This document shows positions 23,427 to 36,883 of a stretch of 64,000 nucleotides of DNA, in pieces. Each line of letters starts with the position of its first letter. The stretch's first letter is position 1. The stretch spans positions 124,001-188,000 of the forward strand of contig JBLDXI010000001.1 in the NCBI GenBank assembly GCA_047495785.1. Reading direction: 5' to 3'. A program made the position numbers and the translations under genes. The notes under the pieces are model-generated. The model had not been told where the DNA came from. It saw nothing but the letters and a program-made list of their open reading frames with translations, and searched no databases. Source of the DNA: Lepidodermella squamata (lineage: Eukaryota > Animalia > Gastrotricha).

Positions 23427-26188
23427 TTACACATCGTAGCCGAGCATTCTAGCGACTTTTATCACGTTCATAATTACGAAGTAGAGCACGGCAGCGTAGA
23501 AGAGAAAGCAGACCAGCATCCAGATAAAGGTCCATACCGCTTCGGCGTAATCAAAGTCCCCTGTATCATGTCAACGGAATGTCAATGAATAAGTTCGAAA
23601 TTCAAAATTATTGCTTACGTGGTAGACCCTTCATCTTCTTTCGCATCGATTTCGCCGTCCGTTTACCTCCGATGGTTTTCACTTCTAGATTTTCTCTCGC
23701 CTTCTTCTTCGCTGCTGCTTTCGATTGCTTTGTCGTCTGTGCCGTTCGTTTCGAAACTTCGACCGGTTCAACTTCGCGCCGTCGCCTTCTGTGGCGGAAA
23801 GTGAAGCCTGGTATAGACGGGCACGCACGCCTCGGGCACCCGTCTGTTGTTTCATCGGCGCACAGGTGGACGCTACAGTTGAAGGAAAGCGACTTCGAAT
23901 CGGCTGGCCAGAACGCGGAGTAAGAAAACATCGCCATAGCGTTTTCAGATTCATTCGAAGCGGAACCAACAGCAGACAGCAGAATTTCGCCAGCAGCTAC
24001 GTCACCGTCAGCATTCATCCAGCCAAGCAGGTAACGCCTGACAGTGGCAGTTGGGCACCTGGAAAAGCAATACACCTAGAATGATCATATAAAAACTGAG
24101 TCTACATACCCTTCAGAGATAAGCATGGCACTGCTTTGCCGGCTGTCATCGAAATCGACACGACACTCGTCAAGGTAAACATGTTTGAAATCTGTTTGAA
24201 AAACGAGCTTAAACAAAGGAAAAATCAGTGGATTGAGAAATTTACAAGTAGTATCGTGGTTGGCAACTTCGATTTCCAAGACATCTGACAACTTGATCTC
24301 TTCGGCAGTGACAGCCATGTTGGTCTTTTCGTCAAGTGAATTGCCGTAAGAGCGCTTGCGGATGGCGAAGCTCAAATTATGCAGGGCGAGTAGGCTTTCA
24401 TCGAAGGGCTTCTCTCCAGCCTGGAAGAGTCGCGTCGAGTTGGCGATGCCTACAACAACCTGGCGCGGCATTTGGTCAAGCGAACCGCTGACGGCTACGG
24501 TCGAGGCGAAGCTGACTTGCAGGCGGGCTTCGTTCTTAGTCAGTGTGCCTTTCTTCACGGCGAAATGCGACAATTTACTAGTTTCAGCTTTCTTCTTCTT
24601 AACCGCCATCTGATTCGACTGTTCAGCGGAATTGGGGGTCGGCGGGCTGACGTCGCAGTAGACCAGGTAGACGGGGTCGAAGGCGGTGAGCATGTCGTAG
24701 GGTGAGTATTGGATCATGAACTGAACGTAGATGGTGTTGTTGTCCGTCAAATGAGCGCCGCAGTTGTCGATAAGGTGACTGAACGGCCGGTCGAGCACGT
24801 AGACGCCACTGCCGTCCTGAACCCGGCGGAAACTACAGCTAGGCAGCTCGCCTTCAGCGGACTTGAGCAACGCCGTTGTTAACGATGATTTCGACTCGTT
24901 TCTGTTCGCGGTGGATCGTGTTATAGTCATTTGAATGGGAAATATTTGCGCAGCCGGAGGAGCATCACTTTCAATGATCGTAACCGTACCAGGTAAATTT
25001 TGGAAAACCGGAGCGTAGGCCAAGTCAGTGATGGTCATATCTAAGGTCCTAGTCACAGAAAGACCGCCTGCATCTGTAGCTTGGATGATGAAGCGGATAA
25101 TGCTGGGAGCTCCGGTTCCGCTGTCGTACCACGAGTCGAATTGCGCCAAGCAAGTCGAGACAACCGGGCAACGAGAGACATCGTATTTCAAGACTGTGTC
25201 GTTGCCATTGGAGTTCATGAAGTTGTACCCCGTGATATAGAACGGTGTCGGGTCGACTCCCATGTTGCCTTTGTTAGGACGATAAATCTGTTTGATGGTG
25301 ACAGTCACGTTGCCGTAAACGTCGTTGAATGTATCAGGGTCAAGAACAAGAAGAGTAGCGATAGCGCCAGCATATTGGTTGGAAGTTCCGGTGTACTGAG
25401 GGACGCTGACATTGACGGGCGTACTAGGATCGAATCTCGGGTACTCATCTATATTAAGGTAGATGGTGTATAAAAGATTTATCGTTCTACTCAATATTAG
25501 ACTTACTGCAGTCTTGAACTTGGACTGTTACGTTGGCAAGCATCTGCCACGGGCAAACTCCAGTGCGAGCCATTCTCAGCCTAGCTGAATACTGAAAATT
25601 GGACCCGTACAGTGTCTCATAGTCCAAATATTGGCCAGCAGGAAAATTAACTTGGAATACAACTGAAAGACAGAGAATTTAATTTCTTAGCTCAAGCTCA
25701 ATTTGAAGTGCGAAATGTTCTTACACTGGCAGTAAGTAACCGTGTTCTGCGATGACGGGATGCCATGACAAGTATTGAAGCTACTCATGTCCCAGTTAGT
25801 TGATGTGAAGGTGGGAGCTGCCAAGAATTAAATTAATTACTTATATCATATTTTTACTACTCATCGAAGCTTACATAAAGGAGTGACTGTAACGGTAGTT
25901 TGCGCACTTGTTGGAGCGAAATCGTTGACTGTGATGGTGTTCGTACCATCGGTACCAGTAAACGAAACATTGCCCATTGCCAGGTAGAGCGTGGTGTTTT
26001 GGCACTCATAAATGTAAGTAACAGTGGGAATAACTACTACGACTGCGACTTGGTTGCCGCCGCTGCACAAAACAGCAGAAGTGGCCTCGAAACCTGTGAA
26101 AAGGACGAGATAGACTTGCAGAAATTAACAATGTTCGAAACTTACCAAACGCAGCGCAGAGAAACAAAGCTTTCAGCAAGATTTGCAT
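23427..26188 (-). CDS. Chimeric cadherin-like / ZP-domain gene created by the 24908/24909 junction (predicted 789 aa)
   Basis: Exons (minus strand) 26188-26146, 26093-25875, 25817-25725, 25662-25507, 25448-24246, 24191-24110, 24058-23619, 23560-23427 total 2370 nt, all GT-AG and in frame. Cadherin motifs LDYE, CNEYPRF, LDPD, ATDAGG, APVF. Junction reads ..QMTITRSTA-NRNESK.., followed by the ZP-B C-terminal part, RHRRRRR and TM. Expression is unknown. Confidence 0.8.
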
Positions 26189-27206
26189 TTCTATTAAAAG
26201 TAAAACGAAATTTTAAGTGGTGAGCAAAAGTTAGCAATCAATTTGAAAGATATATTATACGTTTGGTTACAGGGGAATGATGCAATGCAGCGATGAATTT
26301 CAGATGATACGCTATTCAGTAAAAAAAAATCACCCACGCAATTGTCATGGGAAGCGACTGGTGAAAGGCAGGGCGGTTTCTTTTTTGCAAGTTGTGAATA
26401 CCTTTGAATAGGCATCACCCTGCAAGTTCGCCCACGTGCCGCGACCTTGGCGCATTTGTAAAACTCTCTTGCATCAATGCATCAATCACTGATAATTCTA
26501 AGAAATCGGTGTAAATACATTTCAATTCATAGAATCTATTGATTAAGTTTTTTCTGGAACATATTCATCCTTCGCAGACGTGGGAGTTTGAGTGCACCAT
26601 TATTCAGTTGAATCACTTGGCCTTCCCACCATTTTTTACGTCATGAAATATTTGCGCGCCATTAATTTTGGGAGAAACCAGCCAAGGATATCAGTTGAGT
26701 GATGATTGGCGGAGAGACTTATAAAAGTAATTACTAATTTGTGATAATTAAACTCTTCAGATATTTAGATGTCAGATTGGGCTTTTAAGAAAATTCGATC
26801 CATGAGGTAGTTAATTTGATCCAAAAAATATTGCCGTAGCCGAGTAGCTGCGCGGGCTATTAAAATTCAAGCGTCGGTATTTTGACAATTCGCGGAAATT
26901 AATTTTTGGTGAATTATTCATTTTATGTTTTCAAACCGACTTCATGCCTTGACCTTTCTCCGAGATTTCATCCATAGTTATCCGCTATTTTCCTGATATG
27001 TCTGAAGAGTTAGGAATGATGCAGCCTAAATTATTTATATAGTGTATAAGAATCGGAGACACAATTCAACTCTTATAGGGTTGTATTGTAAAAATGCATC
27101 ACACATGAACGCCAATCGAAATGGAAGATGAAAATGCTCACAATATTATTTTATTTTTTCTTCAAATATATCGTCGATGCACTGAATATGATCAAATGGA
27201 TTCTCA

Positions 27207-30200
27207 TCAAACTGTCGTGTGCCGAAGAGTGTTGCTCGGCATTTTCATTGAGCTGAAAAAAGACGAATCAAAATTAGTTATAAAAAAGTTATTCGCAACT
27301 AACTCTACTATGCCTTCGCGTTTTGCCTTGCGTTGTAGTGCCCTGGCGATGCCCCACGCTGACAGAGCTAACACAAGAGCGCCCAGTAGCGAGCCGACAA
27401 TTGCGCCGATCTCTGTGGAAAATAGAATACTCCCGAATGAAAAAGAATCGATTAACGATCAAAAGACAAACCTTCAGGGGTTAATAAATCGCCGGATGAG
27501 CTCGCTTGACTTTCCATGCCATTGTCCGGTCTTGTAGTTCTCGGTAACGGCGTCGTCGATGTTGTTGAAGTTTTCCACAACACAACAACAGTCAGAGTGC
27601 CAGTTGTCGTATAAAACCCGTTTGAACACAACGCTTCCACGTAATAAAATGGTTCGTCGGAGTAGGAGAAGTTAGCCTGCGCTGTTGTCGAGATAGCGCC
27701 ATTTGCTGCAATGCTGAACTTGTTGTAACCAGTGTTCGGCAGAACGTTGTAATTCCAACTCAGTTGCCGGCTGTCTTGATCAACACACTTAGTGTTGTGA
27801 AGGCCGCCATAAACAACGCCAACTGAACCTTCTCGCACCGAGGCGACACTTGGCAAGCTGGTGATAACGGGCGGTTGCGGGTCATCGATCAGACTCACGG
27901 TTAGCGTGAAGGTCGTCGCCATGCCGAAACGATCTGTTGCCGTTGAAGTAATGACATAAACTGGTACTGATCTGTAGTTGAAATTCGGTTTGTCCACCGA
28001 TCTTATAACTAAACAATTCGCCGTTATTTCAAAAGATCATGAGATTTTTTAGAAAAAACCTACTTCCTTGGGGTGTTATATAGAACTTGCTAGGGGAGAA
28101 GGGATTAATATCTCGAATTTGATAGGTCATAGTTAACGACGAGTTGCTTCGAACTCGCATATCCCACAACGATTGGGCAACAGTGACGTTTTCGTGCAAG
28201 AAAACTGTAGCACTCGTCAAATTCATGTAAGGCCCAGTGGGTATTTGAATGACATTGATGACAACAGAGCTCGTCACAGTCGGCAGTATGGTATTGAAAG
28301 CCGCAAAAACCATCGTGTAAGAATTGATCAGGTTGTAGTTGAGTTGCGGGTTCAAGTTGTACCCAACAGCTGAAAAAGCCAAACTCTCAGAATTTCGAGA
28401 AAACACTAAATCGCTACTTACTCTGCGTAGTGACGTTGTAGTAAAATTGCGAGGATCCGGAACTTGGCAAAATGCCTATGTAGGTGATGTTAACGGGATA
28501 CAGCCCATTAGGATCGATAGCTTGAATTGAGACGAGATCAGTCGGGCCCCAATATACATCTTCGCGGACTGAAACATAAGCTGGTAACGACGTGAATTTC
28601 GCTGGTTTGTCTACTCGATCGATCGAAACCGTGATGGTGCATGTTGAAGTTGGCGATGTCTTTTGGTCGCTAGCCTCTATTACAATGTAATAGATCGGGT
28701 TACGGGTGAAGTCGAACATAGGACTTGTTCTTGCCACGGCAGCGTTGTACTCGAGCACTGATTTATTAGAATATTAAAGCATGTTTTTCAAGTGGATGAA
28801 ACTCACGGTTAGAGTAAGGCGGAATGTTGAAAGCGTAGTTCCAAGTAGGCCGAACTTGGGTGATGTTGTAGTAGATCAGGTCGTTCTCGCGATCAGTTGC
28901 TTGTAACGTGTATATATACTTCTGCCCTGTCGCATCCTCCCTGACATTGGGAAAAACAGTCGCGGTTGGCTGGTTCGGCCCCGGTGGAGGCTGGGTAAAA
29001 GTTGGCGCCGTTTGATTCATCACAATGTAAACAACAAAAGTCGTCGTCGACGTGGCTGGCAAGTTAGGCGCTGGTGGCGAATCGACGCAGCAGATAGTCA
29101 GCGTATAGGTTGGGGAGGTAAAGAAATTGAACCCAGGCGAGGCCGGTCCGATGTTCGTAGTGATTACTTCAAATATTAAAATTATTTAAAACTCATTAAA
29201 AAATCTATAATTTTTACCATCAAGTGCTGGGTCGATGTAGAAGAATCCAGATGTATCATAAGAGCTGAGAACGCCAGTTGCCGGGTTGCGGAAGTAAACT
29301 AGCCGCGGATCGTTCTCGCGATCAGCAGTTGTCAACGAAAAGATCGTTACATAGCCTCTAATCGACTCGGCAATCGATGTACTATTCTGTAAAAATAATC
29401 AATAGGCCTTCTTAGAATCGACATTTTTAGGTTGAATTTTACCGGTAAGTTGAGAAAAACTGGTGCTGTATTGACGCGTTGAATGAAGAAGGTTATCATT
29501 CCGGTAACAGTGTACGTTGGGGTGTAGGCGATGACGTTCAAGTATATCACTGGCGCCACTGAATTATTAAACATGGGCGGTGGATAGGAAGGGCTTGTCG
29601 AAATCGCTAGAAATTAATTAATTTGAATTTATAACAAAATTTTGGTGCGAGCAACTTACTGGCCGTGGCCAACGGTGATGCAAAGGAGGAAGCTTGGCCG
29701 GAAAGGAACCACATAGTATTTTGATTAGCTGGACTTTGACCGATCAGCGCGAACTGCAACGCTGCTTGATTAGCCTCTTTCGTGGCTGTAATGGGAACGC
29801 TCCAAGTCGTAGCAGTCTCCGGGATGAGTTGAAACTAAATTCAAATTTTAATCAAACACATATCTCACGGCAATTTTTGATGTGATTACCAAAGGGTAAG
29901 TGAGTATTGGTGGATCTTCAACGTTGACGATGTTAACAGTCATAGTGAAGACAGGTGGTGCCATTGTTGATAACGGGTCGCTAACTATGACTTGCAAGGT
30001 GTACAACGAAGTAGCGGCTGCGTTGAAAGTCCACGTCGGAGCCGCTGCTGGACCGCTAGCTTGTCGATTGCTGTCGTAACAGATCGCTTTAAATTTGGTG
30101 CAAACATTACTGATTACGCTTTTCTCATTTCAAATAAAAATACCATTTCCGCTTAGGTAAAATGCGTTATGCGTTGGGGCGGTTACGAAGCTGTAAAGGA

Positions 30201-32131
30201 AGCTGGTGTGACCATTGGGACTTGAAGCGCCCGAGATTGTGTAGAAGCACGCTTGGCCGGTTACATTTTCTTTGATGAAAGCTACATCCTATATCAAAAC
30301 ATGAAACATACTTATTGACGTGAAATTATCGAATTAGCACTCACATTATTTGGAGTCAGAGTTGGTTGGTAAATTCGCTGCAAAATGTTGATAATAACCG
30401 AAGACTGAAATTCGATAAATCAATGACGAATTTTTTATGACAATTTTACGAATAATTACCGAAATTGTGAGAGTGGTTCCGCCGACTTGATTCATCAACC
30501 AAACCGTAACATTGTACTGCTGATTAGCAGCGTAGCTCAGCGTTGCAGGTCCAACAGCTGCCGTTAGCCTAAGTCCGGCACACCGAACTGCGGTTGAAGC
30601 AGCTGGAACACAGGCTGCGGTTCCAGTTATGTACGGCCCTCCAGTAAACGATATAGCCGGTGCGACATTTATGATAGCGAAAGTCGCCGTGTTCACCGCG
30701 GGGTTGAAATTCGGAATAATCGCCTGCATAGGGTAAAGCTGCAAGGGCCCTGTCGTTCCTTCAACCACAGAAATAGTAGCCTGTAACAAAAACCCAAACT
30801 CGAAAATGAAATTCGTTGGTCTATCATAATCAAACCGGTAGATTGACCCAACTAGGGGTGGTCGGCGTGTTGAGAATGGTGATGTAGTACTGAAAAGTTG
30901 AAACCAACCCACCACCGTCGATTGCTGTCACGTAGACGGTGAAAATCGGAACAGCCGCGCCGGAATATGAATATTGAAACATGTTCAAACAGGCTAAGGC
31001 GCCGCCGCCGCATCGACTTGCGTCGTAGCTCAGAACTGATGTGTTTGTATTGCTGCCGACAAACCGGGTGTTCGTGATGTAGAAGGGTATAGGGTTGACA
31101 GCGCCGACGTTGGTCAAATCAACTCGTTGAACGTTAAGGTCGACTGTGTTGAATGCAGTTGTATAGATGTCAGGGTCCGAAACGAACACGTTCATCGCTG
31201 GGCCGGCAAAGGTTCCAGAAACTCCGTCATACTGATAGATGGAGACAGAATTTCCAGTCTGAGTGAATACCGGGTACTCATCTATAGAAAATCGGGTAAT
31301 CTGTGTGAAGCAAAATTTGCATTTAAAACTCACTGCAATCTTTGACGTAAACAGTCAAATTGGCCAGGGCTTGGGCATTGCAAGCGTAACACCCAAGAGT
31401 CCTTTGCAGAACACGGACTTGGTAAGAGAAGTTCGATGATGCGAGAGATTCGAAGTCAAGCCGGTTGTTAGGATTGATCGCCGCCATTGCAACTTAAGAG
31501 AAAAATGTATTTTAGTTTTAAAATTAAGGTTGTTTCAATCCTTACATTGACAAACAGTAGGAGTTAAAAGCTGGCCATTAGTCGAAAACCAGCCGTCGTG
31601 ATTGCACTGCAGGCAGCTTCCACCCTGGTTATTCCAATTACCCCACCAATTGTTGTTGGTCTGGCAGTTACAGCAAGCGGAACAACCAAAGCATGGATCC
31701 TGGCAGCAGTTCCACCACCACGGGTTGTTAACTCGACAGGTACAATTGCACCCGCCGCAGTTTCCACAGCCCCCGGCGTTATCGCAAGAGTTGAAGGTAT
31801 TGACATCGAAAACAGCCGCCGCCGGGCCGGCTGGAACCGTTGTAGAGCAGGTAACGGTGTTGACGAAGATATTAACCGGTTGATTTTGCGAGTTGAAAGC
31901 CCGCAGAGACATGTTGAAGACACCGAGAAACAGCGTCGAGTTTTGGCACTCGTAGATGAATGACCATGTCGGAACTGGTTGCATGAAACTGACGTCAGTT
32001 ATCAGACCGGCAGTCGACGAGCCTAGAGCTGCGTTGAAGCCGGGATTAGCCGCGCAACCGTTAGGCTGTCCCAAGACGGGACATAACACGCTGAGAATCA
32101 GGACTAAACAAGCTATTATAGTTGCAATCAT
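27207..32131 (-). CDS. Non-classical cadherin-like type I membrane protein (~10 repeats, Cys/Trp-rich N-terminal insert, short tail ending HTTV)
   Basis: Signal MIATIIACLVLILSVLCPVLG. Motifs LDFE, CNEYPVF, AIDGGG, VRED, ATDRENDL, NTAPVF, DPQPPVI. TM IGAIVGSLLGALVLALSAWGIA. Tail ..DSMKMPSNTLRHTTV*. Many short GT-AG introns; repeat count is approximate. Confidence 0.85.
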
Positions 32132-32706
32132 TTTTTGTTTTATTCTCGAATTGAACGGAATGATATGGTAAAAGCAAACTTCTGGTCATTCAACCTATAC
32201 TTCTTTTGATCGCCATTCAGCAGCCACTCGCCTATTCATGAGTGTGATGCAATTTTTTCGCACCGAATAACGCCCACGCTGATGTTGTAGGTGGAAATGC
32301 GGGGGCTTAATTCCACTATTCACTACCTTATAATTGGCTGTCAACGCGTTCTGCCGTTGAGTAGCGGGGAAGCTGTGATTCAGAACTTCGAAAAATTGGG
32401 CCATAAAATGAAACGTGATCATCTGCTTTTATAAATATGTTCAGTCCAGGGAAAAAACTCCGATCAAATTTAAAACCGACGTGTATCGGTTAACATTTCA
32501 GCTTCAATCTTGGGAAAATAAAATGTTTACTCAATTTGAAACATCGGTTCTCTTAATTGGAAAGTTTGCTCCGGAAAGCACAGGTGACGTTTGTCGGCGC
32601 TTGTTAGGCGCGTGCCAATGTTTGTCGCACGTGCGACCATGAAAGAAGGGGACGATTTTAATTACTTGAGTTATTTCATTCTTCCTTAATCAAAGTGCCT
32701 AAAAAC

Positions 32707-34179
32707 ATGGCAATAATTTGTTTTGTTTGCCTATTTTTACTTTCTTTGCTAACTGATACGGGGCTTTGCCGGGCCGCTAGAAAAATTCCGATTCGCCACC
32801 CGAGAGTTATCACCGAGAATTACAAGCCGAGTCAAACGCTGAAATGGGCGCCTACCTCAGCTCCTGGTTTATGTCTGGAATTTAAGTTGAACTGTAAGCT
32901 CCTTTTGATTATAGCCATTACTTTTGTTATAAATGGAAATGGAATTGACGTAGCCTTGGACATGGAAGAGAGCGAGGAATGCGCCAATGACGTACTCGGT
33001 GTATACGACGGCCAATCACAACAGAACAATTTGACGTTCTGGACATGCGGTACCGATAAGAAGACACCTGTTTACTCATCAAGCCATCAGATTTTGATCG
33101 TGTTTAAAAGCGATTCGAACCCGGCAACTGTTGGCAAGGGCTTTTCGGCCGTAGTTAGTTCAGTGGCGTGTACCAACAATCCGACACCGCCGGTCGATAT
33201 CATACCTTCTAGTCTTCGAGCCTCAGTCGCAACTACAGCAACTACCACTACTCAGCGAACCACACCAATGACTACGCCTTACGTGCCACCAACTTGCGGA
33301 ATTCCGAAATTCAAACCCACCGAACAGGCGGTCGGGATGGCTGGGTTTCAACAAGATTCTGTAAGTAGAATCGTTGGAGGCATGATCGCTCGGCCTCATT
33401 CGTGGCCTTGGCAAATCCTTATCTTCCATGACGGCACGCCAATTTGCGGCGGCACCCTCGTTTCTCGTCGCCATATAATCACCGCTGCTCATTGTTTCCC
33501 GGCAGACATAGCGAAAAAGCTCAACGAGTACGAATTCTGGGCTGGTCGCAATTACAAATTTATTTTGGACGTTACTAAACGAGAGCAAAAGTTGAATGTC
33601 GAGGAAATTATTATCCATCCCGAATACAAAAAGGTAAACGAACACGATTCTGACATAGCAATCATCCGCCTTGGAGCACCTGGAGCCATTTATGACGATT
33701 GGGTGCAGCCTGCCTGCTTGCCTTACAACGAAACTCACCATCCAGCCGACGGTGCATTTTGCTTCGTAACAGGATTTGGAGCCACGAAAGGAACTGGCGG
33801 AGACGAGGATCTGAAACAAATAAAGATTCCAGTCGTCAACAATGACGAGTGCGCAAGTTGGGAAAAGACGCTCAAGGTTTGAACTGCAGATGATTCATTT
33901 AAAAATCAACAATTTATGATATTTCTTATTTTACAGAAATTCATGACACCTCGCATGATGTGTGCTGGCTTCAAAGAAGGTGGCCATGACTCGTGTCAAG
34001 GTGACTCTGGAGGTCCGTTAGTGTGCAAAATCGGTCCTAACGACAACTGGGTGCTTAATGGCGTGGTTTCCTACGGCATCGGCTGTGCGGAACAAAACAA
34101 AGTTGGAGTTTACGCTCGCGTTACCTCCATGTTGCAATTTATACATGAGAAAGTTTTTGACTATAAGCACGTTATCTAA
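32707..34179 (+). CDS. CUB-domain trypsin-like serine protease (S1A), paralog 1
   Basis: Signal peptide, CUB motifs [11 protein letters not shown] and CG..FKSD..GKGF, Thr-rich linker, [25 protein letters not shown] (Asp in S1 pocket). Confidence 0.93.
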
Positions 34180-34741
34180 TTAATACATCATACTTTTTTG
34201 TCGGTTTGATCACTTGCATCCTGTTGTTTTTACATTTCATTTTACCTGTTGGTCAATTGAATAAACGCGATCTTGGAAAAAATCGGAATTTTCGTCATTT
34301 TCCGCTTTTGCAAAGAATTACTGACTGTGGAAACTAGAACTAAGCATCTGGATCTTTTGGCGTTCAGCAATTTTTAGCGGGATACGTTCAGCATATTGGC
34401 TTCAAGCTTCAAGGTGTCAAATGAATGGCAGTCCTATGAAACGGCTGTATTTCGCTGCTCGAATCAGGGTTAACAAATTTAGAATGCTCATCTCCATATG
34501 GCGAGGAAATTCCCATTTCCTGGGTAAAAGTGCGCAAAGCTTTTAAGCTTCACGAGAAAGCTAACTTGTATTTCAAAAAGCTTATTCGAATTTTCAAAAA
34601 TGGATAATATTAATAAATCAGAGCGCTCGATTGGTTCATTGGTCGTATTGACATTTCAAATGCGAAAAACTCAATTATTGATTAATAAGAGCGATTAATA
34701 GAGCGATCCTTTATCCCTTTATTCTTTTTTTATTGCAATTA

Positions 34742-34926
34742 GGGTGTGTTTTTATTCACCCCGGAATTTCGCATAGCTGTGTAGGCACCGGATGACAGAT
34801 TTTTCGATGTAAACACCAGAGGTTTTCGGGCAATGAAGTCTTCTAAACAGCTCCAAATTTTCATTTTAAGATGAGCTTCAGAAGTGGGCGACCCGAAAAT
34901 TCGGGGTGAAATAAAAAAACACACCC
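34742..34926. mobile_element. PIF/Harbinger (Tourist-like) MITE, 185 bp, TTA target-site duplication
   Basis: TTA|GGGTGTGTTTTTATTCACCCCGGAATTTCG ... CGAAAATTCGGGGTGAAATAAAAAAACACACCC|TTA: ~30-bp imperfect TIR starting GGG, with 3-bp TTA on both sides. Confidence 0.8.
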
Positions 34927-35214
34927 TTAGGGTCGGAGAATACGTTTGAATCATATAGTTTAACTCCATAGACGGGCACGCGTCGCGCTAAAAACATGTA
35001 GCCAAAAGAACATGCTCGTGTCAACATGATTGTTTTCCTCGTGTTGTATGCTCCTGATAGCTGAAAATCTGGTCCCAATTACGCTGCTGTAGCAAATGGC
35101 GCCATTTTGGCGCCGAACTGCAATAGCTAGGTTTCTATAGCTTCAACTTTTAAATAAGATTTAATTTCTATCTGTACTAAAAACACACCTGGTTGTTGCC
35201 TCCGATTGTCGGAA

Positions 35215-36761
<1,547 letters not shown>

Positions 36762-36883
36762 TAATTGTTTTCTTTGTAATAACAGTTTGTTTCGCTACGT
36801 TTTCGTATTGTCGTCAGGCAAAAATAAAACTTTTGTACGGTGTCACTTTCCTTGTTTTAATATTATACGAAAATTATATTGAG

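Larger units (their letters stand above)
8304..24908 (+). repeat. Segmental direct duplication, copy 1 (16,605 bp)
   Basis: Matches 38028-54632 at constant offset 29,724, and the ORF track is repeated identically. Match begins AACTGCAACGCC (8303 C vs 38027 G) and ends TTTCTGTTCG (24909 C vs 54633 A). Confidence 0.97.

Noticed and set aside
32894-32953. Apparent 20-aa hydrophobic insert in the CUB domain of protease 1
   Set aside because: It is a 60-nt stop-free GT-AG intron at the same position as the first intron of paralog 2.
34930-35080. Possible second GGG-starting element abutting the Tourist-like MITE
   Set aside because: No convincing matching inverted terminus or TSD.
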